Position numbers and translations under genes: made by a program
Shown: positions 25,719 through 34,746 of the stretch, piece after piece
How the letters are laid out: each line of letters opens with the position of its first letter
Position numbering within the stretch: position 1 is the first letter of the stretch
Source of the DNA: a virus
Strand: one strand, 5' to 3'
DNA: 34,746 nt
UHGV virus genome: UHGV-0079566
Notes under the pieces: generated by a model
Database searches by the model: none
What the model saw: only the letters and a program-made list of their open reading frames with translations
What the model was told of the DNA's origin: nothing

Positions 25719-25907
25719 TAAATATATTATTTTTAATGATAAATGATTGACAACTGACAAGTGACTTCAGTCAGAATCATCACATGCCCGGTACGGATGG
25801 ATCCCTTTTCAAATATTCCATGGACGGCACAGTCTGAGTACCGGGCGCTACCTTCAGTTGTATTGCTAAGCCGCCGCTGGTGGCTTTTCTTTTTTGTAGG
25901 GGGCGCT

Positions 25908-26549
25908 ATGGATAAGAAAATATGCGTTGTTTCGATGAGCGTCGGCAAACCGGCGTCAATGACTGCGGCATGGATCAATAACGAGCTGATAATGGCTGAG
26001 CGGACCAGCTACCCTGAACGCCGCCGCGATATGGAACTCCAGCTGCTGCGCGAATTGCGAGAAAAAGAGGAAAAGGGTTTTATCGTGCTGGTGGAAGAGG
26101 AAAACAGCTTTATTACTGGTCGAGTTGGCCAGCGTGTAAGGTTGCGCGATCCCTTCATGAACGGCAGGCCGGTACTAATTGAGGCAATGCAGATTTATAA
26201 GGAGCTGGAACGCCAGAAAGCAATCAAGTTACCGCGCAAGGAATCCGGCAAATACATCCTCCACCAAAGCATCTTCGATTCCGAACACGACAAAAAAGGC
26301 GATGAATTTTTCAACATCAACTGGAGCGAAATAACGACAGAGCATGTTCTGACGTTACTATGTTGCTTTGCGACGGAATACAACAACGTTGCCAGCGCAG
26401 ACTACATCAGGGCAATGGCTGGAGAAGTTGAGGCACGCCAGGAACCATCGTTACTAAGCCCTCTGATTAACATAATTCGCGGAACCCAAACGCTGGCACA
26501 AAAACAGGTGCCTAAGGGAGTATTAACAGGAAAAGGAAATTATCTATAA
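25908..26549 (+). CDS. Hypothetical protein in the mat position (213 aa from ATG 25908; ORF is open from GTG 25761)
   Basis: ORF track frame; AGGGGG Shine-Dalgarno before ATG 25908; gene order cre-cra-ref-mat recalled from P1. Confidence 0.5.
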   Translation: MDKKICVVSMSVGKPASMTAAWINNELIMAERTSYPERRRDMELQLLRELREKEEKGFIVLVEEENSFITGRVGQRVRLRDPFMNGRPVLIEAMQIYKELERQKAIKLPRKESGKYILHQSIFDSEHDKKGDEFFNINWSEITTEHVLTLLCCFATEYNNVASADYIRAMAGEVEARQEPSLLSPLINIIRGTQTLAQKQVPKGVLTGKGNYL

Positions 26550-26605
26550 ACGTCAATGCATTAGGGTATACTTCTCCGTAGAACTATAAGTAAATGGAGT
26601 AAGTA

Positions 26606-27910
26606 ATGAGCGAGTATATAGAAATTGCCTATGCAGCAGCTACACATAGGCTGTGCTTTCTTACAGGCACTGGATTTTCAAAGGCTGTTTCTGATGATAA
26701 AGCCCCAAGTTGGCAATCTTTATTGGAGCAACTGTGCGGTTTATTGAAGGATGGTGACTCACTCAAAGAGGAATTATTTCCTGATGGAAAAGCAAAAGAC
26801 CTTAGCCTTGAAGAGGCTGCTCAGGTTATTGCACTAAAATTTATACTTTCGGGGAAAAATATTTACCAGGAGATTGAGAAAATCATAGCCTCAATCGAAC
26901 TTGATCCATCAATTGAATATATTCAAGACTTTTTCAAAGAAAACACATTTAAAGTAATTACGACAAATTATGACAAGTTAGCAGAAAAACTGGCTGGAGA
27001 GAATCGAACGTGTACAATCACCCCCGGCCTGCCAATTCCAAAATATAATTGTGAGGTTAAAGTCTACCATGTTCACGGCTCTATAGACTCCCCATCAGAT
27101 ATGGTTGTTACTAGCGAGGATTATTTCAGATTTATAAATGGTAATTCTTACTTTTCAAATAAACTAAGCACAGTTCTACATGAAAACACTATTGTTATCC
27201 TTGGCTATTCTCTAAGTGACGCGAACCTCAAGGCGATTATAAATGAATATAAGGTATTTTCACGGGACAACGTAATGTCCTCCAATATTTTCCTTATTTC
27301 CCGAGGGAAACTATTGCAACCTATTAAAGATTACTATTTTTCCTGCTTTGGGATTAGGGTTATAGATAAAACAGAGGTGTCTGATTTCTTTAGAAAACTT
27401 AACAAGAAAATTCCAGAAGCAAAAAAAATAAAAGACAAATTGAGGCACTCAATCAAATCGGTAATAAAAAACGGAAGAGAGTATAAAATAGAGTTCTTGA
27501 AGTTAGAGGATTCTTTTTATCATATCATTTCCTCCATTTCATCATCTGGATATAGCTGGAATGATGAAAAGGTATTAAATGTTTTTTGTGATATAATAGA
27601 TAAAAAAATAGATCTTACTAAAGAGTCTGGCGCATGGGAGCAGTATGAACACCTGGCAAAATGGCTTATTTATTTCGGTAGTTTATTTGAAGTAAAAGGA
27701 ACCAACTTTGAGAAAAAATACATACATGCGGTTGAACACTCAATGACTTATATGAATAAACCTTACGAAACAGGCTACTCATGGCGAGCATATCTAGCCT
27801 GGAAAACAAAATGGCCTTCACTCACAGCATCTAACCGCTCTCTTATTAAGAGTAAGATGGAAGAAATCCCGCTACAACAGATTCACGATATTATATCTAA
27901 GTTTATATAG
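26606..27910 (+). CDS. SIR2-like (ThsA/DSR-type sirtuin, NAD-binding) domain protein with an uncharacterised alpha-helical C-terminal half (434 aa); AT-rich foreign gene
   Basis: Motifs in order: CFLTGTGFSKA (glycine loop), ITTNYDKL (catalytic Asn), VYHVHGS (catalytic His), IVILGYSLSDANL. GGAG Shine-Dalgarno upstream. Markedly lower G+C than flanks by eye. Confidence 0.8.
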   Translation: MSEYIEIAYAAATHRLCFLTGTGFSKAVSDDKAPSWQSLLEQLCGLLKDGDSLKEELFPDGKAKDLSLEEAAQVIALKFILSGKNIYQEIEKIIASIELDPSIEYIQDFFKENTFKVITTNYDKLAEKLAGENRTCTITPGLPIPKYNCEVKVYHVHGSIDSPSDMVVTSEDYFRFINGNSYFSNKLSTVLHENTIVILGYSLSDANLKAIINEYKVFSRDNVMSSNIFLISRGKLLQPIKDYYFSCFGIRVIDKTEVSDFFRKLNKKIPEAKKIKDKLRHSIKSVIKNGREYKIEFLKLEDSFYHIISSISSSGYSWNDEKVLNVFCDIIDKKIDLTKESGAWEQYEHLAKWLIYFGSLFEVKGTNFEKKYIHAVEHSMTYMNKPYETGYSWRAYLAWKTKWPSLTASNRSLIKSKMEEIPLQQIHDIISKFI

Positions 27911-27918
27911 TATATTTA

Positions 27919-27947
27919 TCTCCGGCCTAATCTCCCTAGGCCGGAGA
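27919..27947. terminator. Hairpin (10-bp stem tctccggcct / aggccggaga, 9-nt loop) between the convergent SIR2-like gene and lxc
   Basis: Read directly; weak T/A tracts on both sides. Confidence 0.5.
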
Positions 27948-27951
27948 GTTC

Positions 27952-28200
27952 TTAATCAGCATTCAGGAGCAATGCGTTATCTATGATGATCTGCTCCCAT
28001 TCCTCGAATGCCCGATCGCGGACGCCCTGGGGAACGCTGTTAGTTTTGAAATCGACGACCGTCCGCCATTTTCCGTCCGGACGGTACATGCGCAGAGCTT
28101 TACTTCCCCCTTCCCTGCGCACCTCAACGTTATGCTTGTCAGCAAACTCTTGTAATGCTCGTAGCGTCCCATGCTTTACTGTGTAGTATCGCTTTTTCAA
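27952..28200 (-). CDS. lxc: Lxc/Bof-like C1 corepressor (82 codons, TTG start)
   Basis: 82-codon ORF with a TTG start overlapping the upstream stop (TTGA); I recall P1 bof/lxc as an 82-codon TTG-initiated gene in this neighbourhood. Confidence 0.55.
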   Translation of the reverse strand: MKKRYYTVKHGTLRALQEFADKHNVEVRREGGSKALRMYRPDGKWRTVVDFKTNSVPQGVRDRAFEEWEQIIIDNALLLNAD

Positions 28201-28637
28201 GTTTTCTCTCCAGCCTGTGCTAAGGCTTCAACTTCCAAATCGTAAGACTCAAACTCATAGTCCTGGTCGTCAACCTCTTCAGGCACTGGCAGTAAATGCC
28301 AGGCTGAGTATATCTGACCATTATCAAAACGCTCCTGGCTGTAGAGCGTCGCGGCTATGAGTGTCAGCGCCGGGCGGTCATAACGGTAAATTTTGCGAAC
28401 GTCACGGTCAACGAGACGACCGAAATTACCATAACCGCGCTCCAGTAATAATTTTTTAATTTCCGGCCAGTATGGGCCATAGCTGCGGTACAGGCGGGGA
28501 TTTTTCAGTAATCGCCCGCGTAGCCCTGACAGGAAGAAATCAACGTATTCGTCTTCTGTCTTTCCTAACAACGCTGTACGCAGTACCGCCTCAAGATATG
28601 TTTTATTCGGTTTTATTGTATCAGATAGTGTGGCCAT
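28197..28637 (-). CDS. Hypothetical protein (146 aa) immediately upstream of lxc (possibly ulx-like)
   Basis: ORF track; translationally coupled to lxc. Confidence 0.5.
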   Translation of the reverse strand: MATLSDTIKPNKTYLEAVLRTALLGKTEDEYVDFFLSGLRGRLLKNPRLYRSYGPYWPEIKKLLLERGYGNFGRLVDRDVRKIYRYDRPALTLIAATLYSQERFDNGQIYSAWHLLPVPEEVDDQDYEFESYDLEVEALAQAGEKT

Positions 28638-28670
28638 ATTATGCGACGCCCGGCGAACCGGGCGCTCCTG

Positions 28671-29612
28671 TTATGCGTATTGTTGGATGACGGCCAGAAC
28701 GTCCGCCACGTTGTGTTTTGTCTCGATAATCCACCAGTTACCCGGGAAATCGCTGTTCTTCGCCTTCGCTGGCAGCCAGCGAGCGCCGAATTTCGCCTTG
28801 ATTGCGTCTTTTGCACGGAAAAGAACTCCTTTCATGCCTGAGGCTTCCTGAAGCCCAAATACCTCGCCAGCGGCGAATTTTGGTGCGTACATCATCTTCA
28901 GGTCGGCGGTGGATACGCGATAATTCAGACCAAGAGACTGAGCTATGCTGGTGGCATCACCCTGTATTGATGATAACTCTTCTTGTTTCTCGTTTCTGGC
29001 GGCAATTTCTTCCTCCGTGATGTTGCCAAGGGCCAGGTTTATCCGATCAGCGTCGGCCTGTTTCTCTTCATCGGTGCGCCCGGCAAGAACCGTGTTAATT
29101 CTCTGCAATATCTCCACATGATTCTTGCGCATGCTGAGCAATTCCGGCGTAACCTCGTTAAGATCCACCAGCCCAAGGATGGCAAGGTCGGAAAACATTG
29201 ATACCAGGTTGTAGGTCATGCGATAGCTGAGTTGGCCATAGGCTGATGGCAACTGCACCGAATCCATTTTATAGGCATCCATAAATTTAGAGCCGTCGTT
29301 TACGACATCCGCAATTGCAGGTGTGATTTTCCCTGTGGTGGCGGCCTCCCTGATTGCTGTTACCCACGATTGAGTCAGCGCGGCGACTGCATGATTCAGA
29401 TTGGCTTCCCGTTCTGCTGCGATGCGCGCGCTTGCTGCGTCCATTGCCTGCTTGATCTCGTCTTTATTGCTGTAAATGCCAATGGTGCCAAACTGTGCTG
29501 TGGTGATCTCATAATCTGACGCCCGGAACTCATTGGTACCGAAAATGGCATTGGTGACTTCAAGTTCAGAATCCCCGTTACGAGTAGACCCCTGGCTTGT
29601 TTTTTCCGGCAT
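28671..29612 (-). CDS. Hypothetical protein (313 aa) between darB and lxc
   Basis: ORF track; protein-like composition; same strand as darB. Confidence 0.55.
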   Translation of the reverse strand: MPEKTSQGSTRNGDSELEVTNAIFGTNEFRASDYEITTAQFGTIGIYSNKDEIKQAMDAASARIAAEREANLNHAVAALTQSWVTAIREAATTGKITPAIADVVNDGSKFMDAYKMDSVQLPSAYGQLSYRMTYNLVSMFSDLAILGLVDLNEVTPELLSMRKNHVEILQRINTVLAGRTDEEKQADADRINLALGNITEEEIAARNEKQEELSSIQGDATSIAQSLGLNYRVSTADLKMMYAPKFAAGEVFGLQEASGMKGVLFRAKDAIKAKFGARWLPAKAKNSDFPGNWWIIETKHNVADVLAVIQQYA

Positions 29613-29777
29613 TCTGGCGATCGCATCCGCTATTTTCTCCTAAATTGCTTCAGGGGATAGCGTATCTCCGTATGACGCGATTACATCGCCATAATTGGAG
29701 CCAAACAATTCAACCAGGAATGTTTCTGCCGAACGGATCTGGCGGTTATTCCCTTCCGACATCATACCAAGCACCCA

Positions 29778-32700
29778 TTATGCAATTGACGACTTCAGCG
29801 CGCCGTCACGGCGATCCGGGTAAACCGCATGCTTCAGTGGGTCCGTATAGGTGCCAACAAAATCAATGCTATAGCCTGACTCTGTAGTCTGAACGCCGTA
29901 TGAGTCAGTGATTTTGATCATGCCGCGCTGCTGGAAACGGTAGAAATCGTCACAGGAAATGATGTCGTTAATCCCGGCGATGGAGACGCCACCACTGATT
30001 TTCTGCATAACAGCATCTTCATCGGGAGTTACATCCACCTGTTTATCCAGCGTCTTCACATCCCAGTTACCCGATTTGGTGCCTTTGAAGGTAAAGATGA
30101 TCTCCACGTCTGCGCGCTGGCTGTCGAAGTCCAGCGACTTAATGCGAACGATATCACCGGCACAATCGTAGTATTGGCCTACACGCCATGAGCGATCGCC
30201 GATAACAAGGAACTCATTCGCATGGTTAACCAGATCAGGATCAACATCCAGAATGCCTTTATTTATTGCATCCTCCACCAGCGGGCGCAGGCGTTTGATA
30301 TCCGTCGCGGCCTTCTGAGTACGGTTCAATAATTTCTCATAGCGGGAGATGGCCTGAGAGATATTAGCCTTGCGCTGAATGGCGCTTTTCAACGACGCGC
30401 GATACTGTGCTAACAACGTACGGTCTGTGTGATGGACGCTACCCCAGCGGGCTTTCCAGTCTGCGTTATCAGCTGCTTTGGCCATTACCGCCTGTTTGAA
30501 TTTAGCTACCTCGGCGGTGGTCTTTTCAAGTTCCGCTTTGTTTCGCTCTAATTCAGCGGTAAGTACCTCCACATCCTCGCCAGCTGCGTGCTGCGCCTTG
30601 ATGTAGTTCTGAAGGTCGATAGTAGCCTGTTCTTTCTGGCGAGCGCGTTGCGCGGCTTTCGCCTTATCCATTTGAACCTGCATCATTGCCAGACGTTCGC
30701 CATCATCCTTAGCGGTATACATCTGCATTTCGATCATATCGTTGGCGTCGGCGTTCTCCATTTCTGACTTATCTGAACGGAGGATATCGGAGATCCAGCC
30801 TGCTTTACGCTTCAGCGTCTTCAGTCGGTATTCATCGAAAGAACCCTTGCCGCAGTAGTAATGAACGCGAACGCTTGCACGGTTGGAGCCAACTCGGGCA
30901 CCGCGACCGTTACGCTGTGCGATACTGGCTGGTGTCCATGGCAACGTCAGATGATGGATGTCAGTCGTTCCTCGATGCAGGTTGATACCCACCTCTGCCT
31001 TTTTGTTGCAGATGATGATCGGAGTCCGGCCCTCCTGGAAGTCTGCTGCAATCTTTTCCAGACCGCCCAACGACATTTCATTTTGCTGCGCGATATAGGC
31101 GTCATACAGAGCCATTTGCTCGTTGTATTTCGCTATCTGTGCATCTGTTGGTTCATCCGGTAACTCTTTCGGCGGTTTAACCGCTTTCAGTTTCTTACCG
31201 GTTTTACCTGCCTCGGCAACCGTCTGAGCATTCAGGATCCCCACCTTTGAAGGTTCAAGGTTAAGAGCATTGCAGATAATGCGCTTGAGCTTCTGGTGCT
31301 GCGTTTTTTCGTCCGTGAAGATGATTTGCTTACCTTCCGGGAAAAACTCCTTCAGCGTGGCGATCAGCTTCGCGTATTTGGGTGTAACGGGGTGAGTTAC
31401 GGTCTGTTCGTCAATGCCAAACCTGGCCAGGCGCTTATTCACTTCCTGCTCGAACGCTTCCGGAACCTGCAACTGAATAAACTCGCCCTTATCTATCAGG
31501 GAGTATTGCGATTGCTGCGTGATTGAATCATCACTGTCGTCGTCTTCGCTGGTGGCTTGTTTAGGCAAACTGTCCGCCAGCTGCTGCACCGCATCGGCGT
31601 ACTCCGGCAGGAAACGATAGGTGATCCGGCGATAGTACAGGTCCATGTCAGTACATACGCGGTCCATATCCCTGATTATTGAGAAGATCGGACGGGCTTT
31701 CTCGTGCTCAATCACGCCGTCTTCATTGGCCGAGGTCGTTACGCCATTGTTGGCTTTGGCCGCCGCTTCCGCCTGCTGACGCAATTCTTCATACGCCGCC
31801 AGTTGTTCTTCAGTAAGAGGTGCATCCTGCTGGTGTTCGTCCAGTTCCGGGATCTCCACGGTATCCTTAACGTCTTCCGCCGTTTTAAGCGTTGTCCAGC
31901 GATGGAATATGCCGCGCAGCGCATCAAGGTTTTCAAAGCCCACCAGCGCCATTTTTTCTTCAACTTCACCGCTGATTTTCTGTACCGTTTCCAGCCTGGT
32001 CTTGCCGAAGAATTTAACGAAGTCATCAGGACCGTAGATCCCCATCTTCTGCCAGTATTCCTTCGGCAGAACATGAGAAAGCATGTTGTATGCATCGATC
32101 GGGGTGTTAACGACTGGCGTTGCAGTCAGGAGAACCGGTCCACGCCCACCATTCTTTTTCATCAGGTACGCGTTTTTGATTGCCATATCTCGCGCCGATT
32201 GCGCCACCGCGCTGGTGGGCAGATAGGCCAGCTGTGACGCTTCGCGACCATTTTTATAGCTATTGCGGTAGTTGTGGCCTTCGTCAGCAATCACGCTGTC
32301 GAAGCCCATATCCTCAAAGTACGGATACTTCTCTGCTTTTTCGGTACCGGTATCTGAATACTCCGACAATACCCGGCGACGCGCCGCCTCTTTGCGGTGG
32401 GAGTCGGAGTCCATTGCGCTGGCTACGCGCCCGGCGGCAACGAAGTCATAAAGCATGTCTTGTGCATGCTCATCTACGGTGTCATCACGTAGCGGAATGC
32501 GGGCGTATTGTTCTTTGGTAAACACGACTGCACGGTAATTTGAGTGCGGGATCGCGTTCATCCGCGCCGTGATAGTGGCTTCATCTGCCAGCTTAAGAGC
32601 ATCGCGCATAACTGGAGTGCCATCAGTACCAAGAACAGGTTTACCGTTCTCATTGAGCACCGGCACCTGGCGAATCTGATCGCCATCCATCAGCACATCA

Positions 32701-34746
32701 AGACCGACGAACAAGTAGTTACTGAATGCCTCTTCACTCAGGAATTCTTTTGCTTCGTAATACCAATTTTCCAGCACTGATTTAGGCACTACATACGCAG
32801 TACGGGTGGAGCGACCGTTCTCATAGTTGAACGCCTCAAGCGCCAGCGCGGTCGTGGTTTTACCCAGCCCGGTGCCGAAGCCCAGGATGCCGCGCCCATC
32901 TTCGGACAGTCGGCGCACCTCGCTATTCTGGTAATCAAATGGCTGGCGCTTACCGCTTAATCCCTTCAACCCAAGCGGATCGCCAGAGTGTTCATACGGG
33001 ATATTGCTATTGAACACATCGTTGTATTTGGCAACCAGCTCATCGTAGCGATCGTGCGTCTTGATCCACTTATTGAACTGGTCCTCAAGCAGTGCCATCT
33101 GCTCGCGGTAGCCGTTCGCCGTCGCGCTATCTTTGCCACCGATACGCGCACCATTGAGATACTTTTCCAGCTGTGCCGGGAACCCGGTCGCGTTTTCACC
33201 TGATTTACGGTCCCACTCGTAGCGAATCTCACCTGTTTCTTTATCCTTGCGCTGGACGACACCGTATCGGTGCCCGACGAACAGACCATCACCACCGTGA
33301 TAGGTGTCAGAAACCATTTCGTCGCCTTCCAGCTGCACTGACTGCACATAGCGCAGATCCGGATAGCCGTTTTCCTGCAAAAATTCCAGAATGACGGAAC
33401 GGTCGAACCAACGGCTATTGAGCTTAAACCGGATATTCTCTGCTGGCGTCTTGATGCGCTTCTCTTCGATAGCTGCCAGCTGATTAAGGACGTTGTTCTT
33501 TACTGGACCGTCGGGGAGTGTGGCGAGGAATTCCTGTTTTGGAGCCACTATCTCGTTAATGTCGCCGCTGGTGGCGCGGGCGAACGGAACAATCCCGCCA
33601 TACGGTGAAACCGCAATACCAGGGGTGCTGGCCAATAAATTAAGCAACTCTTCATCACTGGCTGGCAGTTCGCCGGTAAACGCAAGGCGGAAATCATCGA
33701 GCTGGATTGGATCGCGGGTGAGATCGCTATAGAGATAACGCAGGGTGTCCTGATAGCTGGTGGAGTCATAACTTGCGCTGGAATCATGCGTAACCAGCTT
33801 CCCTGTCAGCTCGTCAGAAATAGTGCCATCCAGCTTAATTGCACCACGGAAAGCAAACCAGGCGCGCGCACCGCTCCCCGACAATTTCGCTATCGGACCG
33901 CGACCGGGGGTACCAAAACGGGCAATCTCTGCCTGCAAACGGGATACCAGAGAAAGGCGCTGCTGTTCGATTTGTTCAGCACTATGCCCGGCGGCCTTCA
34001 TGTCCTGATATTCAATTAACATCCGGCCAATCATCGCCCCGCGATACAAGCGTTCACGGTATTTTTCAGGCTGGCTGTTAATCCAGTCCACCAGCTGCAC
34101 CATATCGTCGCTGATTGATGTGGTGTACTTATCGCGGACATTTGCCATCTGGGTAAATGTCATGCCGAGACGGCCTTCTGTTGTAGTCAGGTTACGCTGA
34201 AGAGCCTCCCAGCTATCCGCGCCATAACTGGCAGCATCGATCTTAAGTTCCTTCCCGGCATCAGCTTCAATCCAGCGACCACCAGCATATTTTTGCCATA
34301 CGCCATTAATCAGGCGCATTTCCCCTTCACCAACAACGTCTGCGGTCGGTGACGGTTCAGCCATATCGAGCAAAGACCAGTCGATACGGCTTTCGAAACG
34401 ATGAATCAGCTTCGCTTTAAGAGCCTGGTTATCAATCTGACCGTCGGCACGAACCTCAATACGCCCCTGGAAGCCCTTTTCCTGGGTGCCATGAACAAAC
34501 CGGCGGCCGTCCTTTTCAAACCACTTGCCAGAAATAAACGTTGGCCAAAGCACATTTGCCGATTCGAGAGTGCTTTCATCCACCAGGGGGATTTTCTCAG
34601 CCATCTCTGCCGGATGTTTGCGCATCAGCACCACATCAACAACTGTACTGGTCCCGTTTGCGTCAAAAGTACCGGTAGGCAAGCGGTGGGCACCAAGAAA
34701 TTCAGCTTTCCGTGATAGGCGCAGGCGTAACCGCTTCATGTTTGAA
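29778..34746 (-). CDS. darB: DarB-like antirestriction protein, partial (C-terminal 1653 codons in window; N-terminus beyond the window end); contains a DExH superfamily-2 helicase core
   Basis: Helicase motifs LGFGTGLGKTT (Walker A), VIADEGHNYRN (DEGH), LLTATPVVN, QRNGRGARVG (motif VI). Frame is open past 34746; giant size and the lxc neighbourhood are consistent with P1 darB. Confidence 0.75.
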   Translation of the reverse strand, partial: SNMKRLRLRLSRKAEFLGAHRLPTGTFDANGTSTVVDVVLMRKHPAEMAEKIPLVDESTLESANVLWPTFISGKWFEKDGRRFVHGTQEKGFQGRIEVRADGQIDNQALKAKLIHRFESRIDWSLLDMAEPSPTADVVGEGEMRLINGVWQKYAGGRWIEADAGKELKIDAASYGADSWEALQRNLTTTEGRLGMTFTQMANVRDKYTTSISDDMVQLVDWINSQPEKYRERLYRGAMIGRMLIEYQDMKAAGHSAEQIEQQRLSLVSRLQAEIARFGTPGRGPIAKLSGSGARAWFAFRGAIKLDGTISDELTGKLVTHDSSASYDSTSYQDTLRYLYSDLTRDPIQLDDFRLAFTGELPASDEELLNLLASTPGIAVSPYGGIVPFARATSGDINEIVAPKQEFLATLPDGPVKNNVLNQLAAIEEKRIKTPAENIRFKLNSRWFDRSVILEFLQENGYPDLRYVQSVQLEGDEMVSDTYHGGDGLFVGHRYGVVQRKDKETGEIRYEWDRKSGENATGFPAQLEKYLNGARIGGKDSATANGYREQMALLEDQFNKWIKTHDRYDELVAKYNDVFNSNIPYEHSGDPLGLKGLSGKRQPFDYQNSEVRRLSEDGRGILGFGTGLGKTTTALALEAFNYENGRSTRTAYVVPKSVLENWYYEAKEFLSEEAFSNYLFVGLDVLMDGDQIRQVPVLNENGKPVLGTDGTPVMRDALKLADEATITARMNAIPHSNYRAVVFTKEQYARIPLRDDTVDEHAQDMLYDFVAAGRVASAMDSDSHRKEAARRRVLSEYSDTGTEKAEKYPYFEDMGFDSVIADEGHNYRNSYKNGREASQLAYLPTSAVAQSARDMAIKNAYLMKKNGGRGPVLLTATPVVNTPIDAYNMLSHVLPKEYWQKMGIYGPDDFVKFFGKTRLETVQKISGEVEEKMALVGFENLDALRGIFHRWTTLKTAEDVKDTVEIPELDEHQQDAPLTEEQLAAYEELRQQAEAAAKANNGVTTSANEDGVIEHEKARPIFSIIRDMDRVCTDMDLYYRRITYRFLPEYADAVQQLADSLPKQATSEDDDSDDSITQQSQYSLIDKGEFIQLQVPEAFEQEVNKRLARFGIDEQTVTHPVTPKYAKLIATLKEFFPEGKQIIFTDEKTQHQKLKRIICNALNLEPSKVGILNAQTVAEAGKTGKKLKAVKPPKELPDEPTDAQIAKYNEQMALYDAYIAQQNEMSLGGLEKIAADFQEGRTPIIICNKKAEVGINLHRGTTDIHHLTLPWTPASIAQRNGRGARVGSNRASVRVHYYCGKGSFDEYRLKTLKRKAGWISDILRSDKSEMENADANDMIEMQMYTAKDDGERLAMMQVQMDKAKAAQRARQKEQATIDLQNYIKAQHAAGEDVEVLTAELERNKAELEKTTAEVAKFKQAVMAKAADNADWKARWGSVHHTDRTLLAQYRASLKSAIQRKANISQAISRYEKLLNRTQKAATDIKRLRPLVEDAINKGILDVDPDLVNHANEFLVIGDRSWRVGQYYDCAGDIVRIKSLDFDSQRADVEIIFTFKGTKSGNWDVKTLDKQVDVTPDEDAVMQKISGGVSIAGINDIISCDDFYRFQQRGMIKITDSYGVQTTESGYSIDFVGTYTDPLKHAVYPDRRDGALKSSIA

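Noticed and set aside
25869-25895. Possible weak terminator (7-bp stem with one G-U pair plus T-rich tail) just upstream of the mat ATG
   Set aside because: The stem is short and imperfect and it overlaps the ribosome-binding region, so it may be only a T-rich spacer. Not reported as a feature.
26606-27910. Interpretation of the SIR2-like gene as ThsA of a Thoeris system
   Set aside because: No TIR-domain (ThsB-like) gene is present nearby on either strand, and the C-terminal half shows no recognisable SLOG-type glycine-rich motif. It is treated as a stand-alone SIR2-like gene of unknown partner requirements.
25719-27951. Presence of a type III res/mod pair as expected from P1
   Set aside because: No ORF of the appropriate size (about 650-aa Mod, about 970-aa Res) or methyltransferase/helicase motifs exists between mat and lxc; the only gene there is the 434-aa SIR2-like ORF.
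29959-34715. Multiple 60-180-aa ORFs on the plus strand and in alternative minus frames within darB
   Set aside because: They are nested inside a 1653-codon gene with clear helicase motifs; their translations are Arg/Ser/Pro-rich antisense-type artefacts.
1-34746. CRISPR arrays, tRNA genes, rRNA genes, insertion sequences
   Set aside because: No regularly spaced direct repeats, no transposase-like ORFs and no terminal inverted repeats were seen. tRNAs cannot be excluded without a dedicated search, but the intergenic regions are short and occupied by promoters and operators.

Overview
This window reads as a P1-like temperate phage / phage-plasmid segment, but with two stretches that differ from what I remember of P1. 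All protein calls come from reading the six-frame translations and recalling families from memory; no searches or computed statistics were run, and hand-indexed coordinates may be off by a base or two.

Recognisable P1 backbone (about 15.8-25.7 kb and 27.9-34.7 kb): a LexA box upstream of humD, the phd-doc addiction module, pdcA/pdcB, lpa, pacA carrying the pac site (seven TGATCA/G hexamers), pacB, the c1 repressor and coi on the minus strand, loxP, cre, cra-like, ref, mat, then lxc and a 5'-truncated darB on the minus strand. At least 12 copies of a C1-operator-like 17-mer (ATTGCTCTAATAAATTT family) are spread across the window.

Main finding: between mat and lxc, where I recall P1 carrying its res/mod type III restriction-modification genes, there is instead a single AT-rich 434-aa gene (26606-27910) with the motifs of a SIR2-like (ThsA/DSR-type) NADase domain and an uncharacterised C-terminal half. 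It has no TIR, HerA or Argonaute partner nearby. This is the best candidate for an undescribed single-gene defence or exclusion system.

Second divergent stretch (1-15.7 kb): a tightly packed mosaic of lambdoid-type accessory genes (VRR-NUC nuclease-like, two tandem Rossmann 'GSGPS' paralogs, a Ser/Thr phosphatase, a HAD-like phosphatase, an ASCH-like protein, a PAPS-reductase-like protein, three Ea22-like paralogs, a DUF551-like protein, several small membrane peptides) under C1-operator-bearing promoters. I did not find the P1 ban/tci genes I expected in this position.
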